Assembly (NCBI RefSeq): GCF_046119375.1
Contig: NW_027362761.1
Location: 334,862,001-334,926,000, forward strand
DNA length: 64,000 nt
DNA from: Phyllobates terribilis
Lineage: Eukaryota
Direction of reading: 5' to 3'
In this document: piece by piece, positions 14,098 to 25,601 of the stretch
Position numbering within the stretch: position 1 is the stretch's first letter
Layout: each line of letters opens with the position of its first letter
The notes under the pieces: generated by a model
Seen by the model: only the letters and a program-made list of their open reading frames with translations
What the model was told of the DNA's origin: nothing
Databases searched by the model: none
Translations under genes and position numbers: made by a program

Positions 14098-14442
14098 TAG
14101 GGGAATATGATGGTGCGAAATTCAGGGATATTCTTGAGTTATTTTTTTTTTCTAAAAAAAAAAAACCTTTAAATGTATCCAAATAAGGAATAATCTGACA
14201 TAGTCTTATAATTAAATATGCAATTCTTTATTGAACTTAGCAAACAACCATCATTAAAAACTACTTGCCCCTAAAATCCCAGTTAAAACCAATGGGCAGT
14301 GTTGTATACAGGTAAGATTGTGACATATAAATAATTATATATATCACTGATCAAATGCACATTTTACAGTATACAAATCAATAGCCATATCATGATTAGG
14401 CATATAAATACACAGAGTATACAAATCAGTGACGATATCACA

Positions 14443-14446
<4 letters not shown>

Positions 14447-14506
<60 letters not shown>
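14447..14506. repeat. (TA)n microsatellite that received two Tc1 insertions; continues at 16156-16165 and 17794-17830
   Basis: Pure TA run. The homologous run in the right arm is at 19884-19935. Confidence 0.95.
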
Positions 14507-14512
<6 letters not shown>

Positions 14513-16155
14513 TATGAAAAAGTTTGGGCACCCCTATTAATCTTAAGCTTAATGTTTTATAAAAATTGGTGTTTTGCAACAGCTATTTCAGTTTGATATA
14601 TGTAATAACTGTTGGACACAGTAATGTTTCTGCCTTGAAATGAGGTTTATTGTACTAACAGAAAATGTGCAATCTGCATTCAAACAAAATTTGACAGGTG
14701 CATAAGTATGGGCACCTCACCAGAAAAGTGACATTAATATTTAGTAGATCCTCCTTTTGCAAAAATAACAGCCTCTAGTCGCTTCCTGTAGCTTTTAATG
14801 ATTTCCTGGATCCTGGATGAAGGTATTTTTGACCATTCCTCTTTACAAAACAATTCCAGTTCAGTTAAGTTTGATGATCGCCGAGCATGGACAGCCCTCT
14901 TCAAATGATCCCACAGATGTTCAATGATATTCAGGTCTGGGGACTGGGATGGCCATTCCAGAACATTGTAATTGTTCCTCTGCATGAATGCCTGAGTAGA
15001 TTTGGAACAGTGTTTTGGATCATTGTCTTGCTGAAAGATCCATCCCCTGCGTAACTTCAACTTTGTCACTGATTCTTGAACATTATTGTCAAGAATCTGC
15101 TGATACTGAGTGGAATCCATGCGTCCCCCAACTTTAACAAGATTCTCGATGCCGGCATTGGCCACACAGCCCCAAAGCATGATGGAACCTCCACCAAATT
15201 TTACTGTGGGTAGCAAGTGTTTTTCTTGGAATGCTGTGTTTTTTTGCCGCCATGCATAACGCCTTTTTGTATGACCAAACAACTCAATCTTGGTTTCATC
15301 AGTCCACAGGACCTTCTTCCAAAAAGAAATTAGCTTCTCCAAATGTGCTTTTGCATACCTCAGCCGACTCTGTTTGTGGCGTGCTTGCAGAAACGGCTTC
15401 TTTCGCATCACTCTCCCATACAGCTTTTCCTTGTACAAAGTGCATTGTATAGTTGACCGATGCACAGTTACACCATCTGCAGCAAGTTGATGCTGCAGCT
15501 CTCTGGAGGTGGTCTGAGGATTGTCCTTGACTGATTTCACCATTCTTCTTCTCTGCCTTTCTGATGTTTTTCTTCGTCTGCCACTTCTGGCCTTAACAAA
15601 AACTGTCCCTGTGTTCTTCCATTTCCTTACTATGTTCCTCACAGTGGAAACTGACAGGTTAAATCACTGAGACAGCTTTTTGTATCCTTCCCCTGAACAA
15701 CTATGTTGAATAATCTTTGTTTTCAGATCATTTGACAGTTGTTTTGAGGAGCCCATGATGCCACTCTTCAGAGGAGATTCAAACAGGAGAACAACTTGCA
15801 AGTGGCCACTTTAAGTAGCTTTTCTCATGATTGCATACACCTGGATATGAAGTTCAAAGCTCAATGAGGTTACAAAACCAAAAAAAGTGCTTTAGTAAGT
15901 CAGTAAAAAGTAGGTAGGAGTATTTAAAACAAGAAAATGATAAGGGTGCCCATACTTATGCACCTGTCAAATTTCGCTTGAATGCAGATTGCACTTTTTC
16001 TGTTAGTACAATAAACCTCATTTCAAGGCAGAAACATTACTGTGTCCAACAGTTATTACATATATTAAACTGAAATAGATGTTTCAAAAACACCAATTTT
16101 TATAAAACATTAAGCTTAAGATTAATAGGGGTGTCCAAACTTTTTCATGTAACTG
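14507..16155 (-). mobile_element. Young Tc1 (DD34E, ~200-bp IR/DR TIRs), copy 1
   Basis: TIR (C>T)AGTTATATGAAAAAGTTTGGGCAC ... TTTTTCATGTAACTG|TA; 1649 bp. Confidence 0.95.
14734..15756 (-). pseudogene. Tc1 transposase, 340 codons, single nonsense codon (codon 31 TGA)
   Basis: MGSSKQLSNDLK start at 15756, TGA at 15664-15666. The rest is open, with WTDETK, QQDNDPKH and SPDLNIIE (DD34E). Confidence 0.92.
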
Positions 16156-16165
16156 TATATATACA

Positions 16166-17793
16166 CAGTACAGACCAAAAGTTTGGGCACACCTTCTCAT
16201 TTAAAGATTTTTCTGTATTTTCTTGACTATGAAAATTGTACATTTACACTGAAGGAATCAAAATGATGAATTAACACATGTGGAATTATATACTTAACAA
16301 AAAAGTGTGAAACAACTGAAAATATGTCTTATATTCTATGTTCTTCAAAGTAGCCACCATTTGATTTGATGACTGCTTTGCACACTCTTTGCATTCTCTT
16401 GACGAGCTTCAAGAGGTAGTCACCAGAAATGGTCTTACAACAATCTTGAAGGAGTTCCTAGAGATGCTTAACACTTGTTGGTCCTTTTGCCTTCACTCTG
16501 CGGTCCAGCTCACCCCAAACCATCTTGATTGGGTTCAGGTCTGGTGACTGTGGAGGCCAGGTCATCTGGCGTAGCATCTATCACTCTCCCTCTTGGTCAA
16601 ATAGCCCTTACACAGCCTGGAGGTGTGTTTGGGGTCATTGTCCTGTTGAAAAATAAATGACGGTCCAACTAAACGCAAACCGGATGGAATAGCATGTCGC
16701 TGCAAGATGCTGTGGTAGCCATGCTGGTTCAGTATGCCTTCAATTTTGAATAAATCCCCAACAGTGTCACCAGCAAAGCACCCCCACACCATCACACCTC
16801 CTCCTCCATGCTTCACGGTGGGAACCAGGCATGTAGAGTCCATCCGTTCACCTTTTCTGCGTCGCACAAAGACACGGTGGTTGGAACCAAAGATCTCAAA
16901 TTTGGACTCATCAGACCAAAGCACAGATTTCCACTGGTCTAATGTCCATTCCTTGTGTTCTTTAGCCCAAACAAGTCTCTTCTGCTTGTTGCCTGTCCTT
17001 AGCAGTGGTTTCCTAGCAGCTATTTTAACATGAAGGCCTGCTGCACAAAGTTTCCTCTTAACAGTTGTTGAAGAGATGTGTCTGTTGCTAGAACTCTGTG
17101 TGGCATTGACCTGGTCTCTAATCTGAGCTGCTGTTAACCTACGATTTCTGAGGCTGGTGACTCGGATAAACTTATACTCAGAAGCAGAGGTGACTCTTGG
17201 TCTTCCTTTCCTGGGGCGGTCCTCATGTGAGCCAGTTTCTTTGTAGCGCTTGATGGTTTTTGCAACTGCACTTGGGGACACATTCAAAGGTTGCCCAATT
17301 TTTCAGACTAACTGACCTTCATTTCTTAAAGTAATGATGGCCACTCGTTTTTCTTTATTTAGCTGCTTTTTTCTTGCAATAATAGAAGTTCTAACAGTCT
17401 ATTCAGTAGGACTATCAGCTGTGTATCCACCTGACTTCTGCACAACACAACTGATGGTCCCAACCCCATTTATAAGGCAAGAAATCCCAGTTATTAAACC
17501 TGACAGGGCACACCTGTGAAGTGAAAACCATTTCCGGTGATTACCTCTTGGAGCTCATCAAGAGAATGCCAAGAGTGTGCAAAGCAGTCATCAAAGCAAA
17601 AGGTGGCTACTTTGAAGAACCTAGAATATAAGACATATTTTCAGTTTTTCACACTTTTTTGTTAAGTATATAATTCCACATGTGTTAATTCATAGTTTTG
17701 ATGCCTTCAGTGTGAATGTACAATTTTCATATTCAGGAAAATACAGAAAAATCTTTAAATGAGAAGGTATGTCCAAACTTTAGGTCTGTACTG
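16166..17793 (-). mobile_element. Tc1-superfamily element of DD38E type (Intruder-like)
   Basis: TIR CAGTACAGACCAAAAGTTTGG ... CCAAACTTTAGGTCTGTACTG|TA. Transposase remnant ~16329-17380; restoring one base gives 38 residues between the second D and the E position (here AAG). Confidence 0.85.
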
Positions 17794-17917
17794 TATATAT
17801 ATATATATATTTTTATATATATATATATATAATGGGCACCATGACAGAAACAGCTAAATATTGATTATATCTATCAAGAGTACAAAGCATGTGCCACAGT
17901 GACAATACCAAACTGCC

Positions 17918-17966
17918 CAATACCCCTATGCGCGCTTCGCATTTGTTGCTTCCTCGGTGAGTACTG
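17918..17966 (-). ncRNA. Degenerate minimal hammerhead (PLE1 inverted left arm)
   Basis: Reverse complement: CAGTACTCA-CCGAGGA-AGCAACAAATGC-GAAGCGCGCATA-GGGGTATTG. Confidence 0.55.
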
Positions 17967-18435
17967 AGGCAACGTGCAGCTTGAATATATATAGCAAAAT
18001 GAGGGGGATTAAGCCCAACCTACTGCCTATCATGTTTCAGTATTGCTTCATTATGCATAAATACCTTTTTTCCATAATTTTGCTGCCCATTGTGAGCTCC
18101 AAAGAGGGTGGGGGATGTCATGCCCACCCAATGTACTGTCCGTGTATATGGGAGAAGCTGCGATGCCTGCCTCACTTCGTCCTCCGTGCCCGGTGTCCCG
18201 GAAGTCAGACCACCCATGCGCACGCGGCAGGACCTCCGATAGGATGCCAGGGAGGGAGAGGCTCAGTGGCACAGCGCAGGTGCAGACCCACGATGTGCAT
18301 CAAGAAACCATATTGTGAATGGGCAGCCCATTGCCCATAACCCTAAACATACAATATCAATGTCAATATCCAGGATACCTCTAAAATGTAACAGTCTCCA
18401 GTTGCATCTATGATAATCCCTAAAATGCTTACCCG

Positions 18436-18691
18436 AAACTCGTAAGAATACTTGAGCACATAAAAGACATAAGAAATGCAGCAAAATGTGACAAACCTGA
18501 GGAACTGACATTATTAAAAAAATCCCAAAGCATTTTAGGGATTACCATAGAAGGTATTGATAAGGTTAGCAAGAGGGGATAATCTTAAAAAGATATTAGA
18601 ACAAAAAGAAATTAAATAGATCATCGCACTAGACATGGTAAAACAGAGAGGACTAAATGATATGATTATCTTTGCCCCCTTTTTGGTGTAA
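18436..18691 (+). pseudogene. Penelope GIY-YIG endonuclease C-terminal remnant
   Basis: Across two frame changes it reads KLVRILEHIKDIRN...IPKHFRDYH / EGIDKVSKRG / DNLKKILEQKEIK*IIALDMVKQRGLNDMIIFAPFLV*. This fits the RxxEH...HF...H...E..WI..L....GLN pattern of PLE endonucleases. Confidence 0.8.
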
Positions 18692-19726
18692 CTCACGACA
18701 CTGCTGATGGGGATAGTTAAGGATTAGGGAGGGATTCTGATCTAAAATACTGTTCATCTCATTTGCTATTTTAATGCTGTCTGAAATAATTGGTAAAATT
18801 GGTTACTTTAGAGGGATTAATGTGCAATATAATATATGGGCTCTTAGCTGAACATATGTAGAAACTATTTGAAATCTGGTACATTAATATTGTCAGATGT
18901 AGACATTTAATTAATATTTATATGAATTTATAATTTATAGTGAATCATTAACAACTTAATAATATGGCACTACTACCTGACTGTATAATTAATATTTATT
19001 TGACTTTACAACCTATAGTGATGTACCAATGATTTAGTAATATGGCACTACTAACTGACTGTTTAATTTCTACTACTAACTTAATGTCTAATCTAACCAC
19101 AGCTTGGATTATACCCTTACTATCAATGCCTACAACATGAGAATTTAATCATAATCTGGACTGTGTCATTACTAACCTTACCTGCAATACTGAAAAAACC
19201 CAAGAGGGCGACTTAACCCTGAAATTGAACCAACAGTTGCTGATGCTGAAGGAATATAAGATTAATTAATTATTTATCTGATTGTATACTTTAATAATAT
19301 TGTGAAGGTATCCTGGATATTGACACCGCTGGTTTCTTTGTATGTTTAGGGTTATGGGCAATGGGCTGCCCATTCACAATATGGTTTCTTGATGCACATC
19401 GTGGGTGTGCGCCTGCGCTGTGCCGCTGAGCCTCTCCTCCCTGCCTGTCGTCCTATCGGTGGTCCTGCCGCGCGCATGCATGATCTGACTTCTGGGACGC
19501 TGGGCACGGAGGATGATGCAAGGCCGGCATCACAGCTGCGCCCATACACACAGACAGCGCATTGGGTGGGCATGACATCCCCCACCCTCTTTGGAGCTCA
19601 CAATGGGCAGCAAAATTGTGGAGAAAAGGTATTTATGCATAATGAAGCAATACTGAAACATGGTAGGTAGCAGGTTGGGCTTAATCCTCCTCATTTTGCT
19701 ATATATATTCAGACTGCACATTGCCT

Positions 19727-19774
19727 CAGTACCCCCGAGGAAGCAACAAATGCAAAACGCGCGTAAGGGTACTG
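19727..19774 (+). ncRNA. Degenerate minimal type I hammerhead ribozyme (PLE1 right arm)
   Basis: CAGTACCC-CCGAGGA-AGCAACAAATGC-AAAACGCGCGTA-AGGGTACTG: stem I, a CUGANGA-like core, stem II GCA/UGC, palindromic stem III ACGCGCGU. U4 and G12 are altered. Confidence 0.65.
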
Positions 19775-19883
19775 GGCAGTGTGGTATCGTCACTATGGCA
19801 CATGGTTTGTACTCTTTATAGATATAATCAATATTTAGCTATTTCTGTCATGGTGCCCATTGTGCATATAGTCCACCTCTATA

Positions 19884-19919
<36 letters not shown>

Positions 19920-20193
19920 TATATATATATATATACAATTGTGATATGGTCACTGATTTGTAAACTCTGTGTATTTATATAATCATGATATGGGTATTGA
20001 TTTGTATACTGTAAAATTGGCATTTGATCATTAATATATATAATTATTTATATAAAATCAAGTGAGGGTCGCTCACTGTTGATAGTGGGTGCTCTGGAGT
20101 AAATTATACCAAACTCAGTTCAAAGAGAAACTCCGGCACTCCAATGTGAATGCAAAGAATATTTATTTAGATAAACCCCACATAGGAGAAGTC

Positions 20194-20230
20194 GGCCAAC
20201 GTTTCGACTTTTATGGTCTTCGTCAGGGCC
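20194..20230 (-). ncRNA. Minimal type I hammerhead ribozyme with complete core
   Basis: GGCC-CUGACGA-A-GAC(CAUAAAA)GUC-GAAA-C-GUU-GGCC: all core nucleotides present, palindromic ACGU stem III, GUU triplet. Confidence 0.75.
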
Positions 20231-20878
20231 TTTTCTAGATATAGGTAAAAAACAGAACACAGAAAATAAATCATACAAGAATATGGACCATATGTGTCAA
20301 AGTATAAAGCAAATATCATTAAAAAGGTGTAAATAAAAAATCTAACCAGAAGCTCAATGCGTTCCACTGCACTCCACAATGCCTTTTGCGTTCTAGCACG
20401 AGCACTGGAAGTATGTCACATCGCACTGCGCATGACCGGAAACAGCCACACGCAGCCAGCACACATGCCGCCTGATCTTTCACAACAGGTACGCTAATCA
20501 TATGAGGTATATAAAGAGGGCAACACTGATTGGCACATCACACGGCATTACCTACTGCTACCATTTTTCTATAAGCACCCCCGCACCTACAGATATGTAT
20601 ATGATCTGGTATATTTCTATTCATCTTCATGAGACCCTCTACTTTCACTATTTGGTATTAGTGACAGAGCTATGCTACCATACCTATAGTCTTTTCTTGA
20701 GATATATTGACTAGCCAATGTTACATGCCGGTTTGTCAGTTTCCTATCCCACATTATATGTATATAGATTTTTGATTTACATCTTTACAATGATATTTGC
20801 TTTTTACTTTGACACATGTGGTCCATATTCTTGTATGATTTATTTTCTGTGTTCTGTTTTTTACCTATATCTAGTAAA

Positions 20879-20915
20879 GGACCCCAAAAAGACCATAAAA
20901 GTCGAAACGTTGGCA
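20879..20915 (+). ncRNA. Core-mutated copy of the PLE2 hammerhead
   Basis: GGAC-CCCAAAA-AGACCATAAAAGTC-GAAACGTT-GGCA. Confidence 0.5.
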
Positions 20916-21873
20916 GACTTCTCCTATGTGGGGTTTATCTAAATAAATATTCTTTGCCTTCACATTGGAGTGCCGGAGTTTCTCTTTGAACTATAATTAT
21001 ATTTATATGTCACAATCTTAATTGTATACCACACTGCCCATTGGTTTTAACTGGGATTTTAGGGGAAAGTTTTTAATGATGGTTGTTTGCTGTGTTCAAA
21101 AAAGAATTGTATATTTAATTATAAGACTATGTCAGATTATGACTTATTTGAATACATTTAAAGGGTTTTTTTTGCGAAAATTTACGAATTAGGGATACTT
21201 CCCTTTCATTATTAATGGATCTACAGTATATATCCTAGTAGTGCTGATATTCTTGAGCTGTACCTGTTTCAGTCTGTCAGTGATTTGAGGCTGGGATGGA
21301 GGTTCATCTTCCAACACGACAATGACCCAAAGCATACTGATAAAGCAACACTCGAGTGGTTTAAGGATAAATGTGTAAATGTTTTGGAGTGGACTAGTCA
21401 AAGCCCAGACCTTAATCCAATTGAGAATCTGTTGTCAGACTTGAAGATTGCTGTTCACCAGACGAAACCATCTAACTTGAAGGAGATGGAGCAGTTTTGC
21501 CTTGTGGAACAGACAAAAAACTCAGTGGCAAAATGTGCAAAGCTCATAGAGACATATCCAAAGTGATTTGCAGCTGTAAATGCTGCAAAAGGAGGCTCTA
21601 CAAAGTACTGACTTTAGGGGGGTGAATAGTTATGCAAACTGAATTTTCAGTTACTTTGTCCTATTTGTTGTTTGCTTCACAATAATAAGAAAACCAAATT
21701 TTCACAGTTGTAGGCATGTTCTTTACGTGAACTGATGCAAACCCTCAAAAAAAAACAGTGAAATTCCAGGTTGTGAAGTAGCAAAACATGAAAAATGGCA
21801 AAGAAGGTGACTACTTTCAGAAGCCTCTATATTTGGAACTCACATAAATAAAGCAGCCTGCTCAATATACTTA

Positions 21874-23523
21874 CAGTTATATGAAAAAGTTTGGGCACCC
21901 CTATTAATCTTAAGCTTAATGTTTTATAAAAATTGGTGTTTTTGCAACAGCTATTTCAGTTTGATATATGTAATAACTGTTGGACACAGTAATGTTTCTG
22001 CCTTGAAATGAGGTTTATTGTACTAACAGAAAATGTGCAATCTGCATTCAAACAAAATTTAACAGGTGCATAAGTATGGGCACCTCACCAGAAAAGTGAC
22101 ATTAATATTTAGTAGACCCTCCTTTTGCAAAAATAACAGCCTCTAGTCGCTTCCTGTAGCTTTTAATGATTTCCTGGATCCTGGATGAAGGTATTTTTGA
22201 CCATTCCTCTTTACAAAACAATTCCAGTTCAGTTAAGTTTGATGGTCGCCGAGCATGGACAGCCTTCTTCAAATGATCTCACAGATGTTCAATGATATTC
22301 AGGTCTGGGGACTGGGATGGCCATTCCAGAACATTGTAATTGTTCCTCTGCATGAATGCCTGAGTAGATTTGGAGCAGTGTTTTGGATCATTGTCTTGCT
22401 GAAAGATCCATCCCCTGCATAACTTCAACTTTGTCACTGATTCTTGAACATTATTGTCAAGAATCTGCTGATACTGAGTGGAATCCATGCGTCCCTCAAC
22501 TTTAACAAGATTCCCGGTGCCGGCATTGGCCACACAGCCCCAAAGCATGATGGAACCTCCACCAAATTTTACTGTGGGTAGCAAGTGTTTTTCTTGGAAT
22601 GCTGTGTTTTTTTGCCGCCATGCATAACGCCTTTTTGTATGACCAAACAACTCAATCTTGGTTTCATCAGTCCACAGGACCTTCTTCCAGAAAGAAATTG
22701 GCTTCTCCAAATGTGCTTTTGCATACCTCAGCTGACTCTGTTTGTGGTGTGCTTGCAGAAACGGCTTCTTTCGCATCACTCTCCCATACAGCTTCTCCTT
22801 GTGCAAAGTGCGTTGTATAGTTGACCGATGCACAGTGACACCATCTGCAGCAAGTTGATGCTGCAGCTCTCCGGAGGTGGTCTGAGGATTGTCCTTGACT
22901 GATCTCACCATTCTTCTTCTCTGCCTTTCTGATGTTTTTCTTGGCCTGCCACTTCTGGCCTTAACAAAAACTGTCCCTGTGTTCTTCCATTTCCTTACTA
23001 TGTTCCTCACAGTGGAAACTGACAGGTTAAATCGCTGAGACAGCTTTTTGTATCCTTCCCCTGAACAACTATGTTGAATAATCTTTGTTTTCAGATCATT
23101 TGACAGTTGTTTTGAGGAGCCCATGATGCCACTCTTCAGAGGAGATTCAAACAGGAGAACAACTTGCAAGTGGCCACTTTAAGTAGCTTTTCTCATGATT
23201 GCATACACCTGGCTATGAAATTCAAAGCTCAATGAAGTTACAAAACCAAAAAAAGTGCTTTAGTAAGTCAGTAAAAAGTAGGTAGGAGTATTTAAAACAA
23301 GAAAATGATAAGGGTGCCCTTACTTATGCATCTGTCAAATTTTGTTTGAATGCAGATTGCACATTTTCTGTTAGTACAATAAACCTCATTTCAAGGCAGA
23401 AACATTACTGTGTCCAACAGTTATTACATATATCAAACTGAAATAGCTGTTGCAAAAACACCAATTTTTATAAAACATTAAGCTTAAGATTAATAGAGGT
23501 GCCCAAACTTTTTCATATAACTG
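21874..23523 (-). mobile_element. Young Tc1 (DD34E), copy 2
   Basis: TA|CAGTTATATGAAAAAG ... TTTTTCATATAACTG|TA; 1650 bp. Confidence 0.97.
22102..23124 (-). pseudogene. Tc1 transposase, single nonsense codon (Trp282 to TGA)
   Basis: Open from ATG 23124 to TGA 22279-22281; the frame continues to TAA at 22102-22104. Confidence 0.92.
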
Positions 23524-24863
23524 TATATAAAGTGAGGTCGTGCTAACAAGACAACTTCTGTCCAGAAGTGTGCATATCACATACCTCAAAGGTGTTCTCG
23601 GTTCAGAAACCGGCGAATCCTTGCAGTGCACAATATGTGCACTAGGGGTTTCGAAAGTCTGCAGTCACACAGAATGGCTGCAGACTGTTCATTTTGGACC
23701 GGCCAACACCTTGAACGTTAACAATACGCTAAATAACCTTACAGTAGGTTAAAACTTCAATTCCTTTTAGTACATAATTATGAATCAACATATACACACA
23801 TGAATTTGCACTTTATATTTCTGACGATCAACCGGGAATCTTGTTATCCAAACAACTGAATACAAAATGCATTTACAATAAAACTGCCAGGTAAATTATT
23901 AATGCACAACACGTAGCTATTAATCAATTTTCAATTTACCATTCATCATTGTACAATTTGCACAATGCTTCCACTATTAACCTACAATTAACAAAATATA
24001 TTTCTTCCTGGAAGAAATACAACTGTTTTGCCTTTGAGTATCAAGCACAGGAGATATCTAAACCTTTTTAAAAACAAGAAGTGGTAAATGCCATTTACTG
24101 TAAACATTCAACTGACATATCTCCTAGTCCAGATGAAATTTTGAATGGGTATTATAAAAACATAAAAAACTGGCCAGACACATAACATCAGTTTTCAATT
24201 TAGCTATTGGCTCAGGCTTATTCTCTGAAAAAATGCATGGATCTTTGATAGTGAATCTTCATAATGCTTGAAAGGTCCCTGAGTCACCAGAACTTTTTTG
24301 TTCCATTCACTTTTGAACTCAGATGTCAAGTTGAACACAACATAATACTCTCAGGGATTAACTCTGATCAGGGATATTTTTACAATCATCAAGCTTCAAT
24401 TCTAGACTTTTTTTTACCTAATTTGATTAGGAGAGCTTTGTGGAATGCTATCTATTCTAGTATATTTCATTGGGGGTATTACTTTCTTCCTATATGGCTA
24501 ACATTGACCGTTTATCGTGAAAATTTGCTGACATCCATAATGTAAAGGATTTGCTAAGTAAAAGTAAAAACTACTAAGCAATAAGGAACAATTTGATTAA
24601 ATGTAATTTTCTTGTTCATTATTTTAGTACATTCAAGATGGATTTTTGCAAGTTATAAAAATTTGCAATATACATAAAACAACAATTATAATTAAAAAAA
24701 GTTAAAGAATCTCTCATTTCTACAATGACTGCTTTTTATCTTTTCTTCAAAGAGTAACACCTCAAATGTTAAAATGTGTTACTCACCTGTCCCGGCTCAT
24801 CTGCCAGGCCTTGCTTCCTATCCCTATGGCTAGCTATCTTTGTACTAGCCCATGCTAGGTTAC

Positions 24864-25240
24864 TGTGATAACTTGGCAAACACCTTCGACATCAGCCAAG
24901 GCCTTTATAGGCCAGCTAAAGAAGCGATGTGTTGTCTGTGTAACGTATAAGGTAGTGGAATCACTGTGCCATGGACCGAAGAGAGCCTGGAACACCTGAC
25001 TCTTCGCTAAAACCCCTGATGGTGTGATTAGACTTTGCTCCAGATGGACGCCAGGTATTACTTCAAGACTGACCTCTGACAAACGGCAGCTGACCCCCAA
25101 AGGGGCAGGAAGCTATAACAGCCAGGAATGGGAAGGCTCGGCTGGTACAGGCACGGCAGGTATAAAGGAAGGCACAGCAGGTACTGACTAGCATGAATAG
25201 TATACAGGAAGACAGGTGCAGGCAGGTTCAGCTGGTATCC
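24864..25240 (-). mobile_element. Partial solo LTR related to the Gypsy LTR at 25602
   Basis: tgtgataacttggcaaacaccttcgacatc... aligns with 25602 onward. Confidence 0.75.
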
Positions 25241-25601
25241 CAGTTCATTTCTTTAGTTTTTTTTCAGTCTATTTGCACCATGTGCATATAAAGGTGTGGC
25301 CTGCCTTTTCCTTGAACTGGACATTCTATTCATGTTGTTCCCCATGGCTGTGTGTCTACTAGCTGGGCTCAGTCCTTCTCAGCTCTTATCTACATGCCTG
25401 TCACTTGACAAAGGGTAAGGTTTTAATATTAGAGTTAAGACCATCCCAAACAGGGTCACCGTGAAATGGTGGGATGGCTTTTGCATTTTTTTTAATCAAA
25501 ATTATGTTAACCAAGTACACTATATTATTTTCATGCACTATTGCTCTTTAGTTATTTACTGCAGGGTATTTACTTGTTATGTTTGTGTCTTTGGTTTTTA
25601 C

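Larger units (their letters stand above)
20054..20992 (-). mobile_element. Non-autonomous Penelope-like element PLE2 with ~230-bp inverted arms, inserted in PLE1
   Basis: Arms 20117-20345 and 20765-20992; tail 20054-20116. TSD-like ATAATTATTTATAT (20040-20053) / ATAATTATATTTATAT (20993-21008). Hammerhead motif in the arms. Confidence 0.75.
14139..21245 (+). mobile_element. Penelope-like element PLE1: 5'-truncated, inverted pLTR arms, with nested insertions
   Basis: 12-bp TSD. Inverted arms 14160-14446 + 17830-18380 versus 19306-19872 + 19935-20053 + 21001-21178. GIY-YIG C-terminal remnant in the central part; hammerhead-like motif in both arms; unique 3' tail 21180-21245. Confidence 0.85.

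Noticed and set aside
24859-25601. Shared TTAC flank before two LTR starts, suggesting a tandem duplication
   Set aside because: Similarity stops after 4 nt, which is compatible with chance or target preference.
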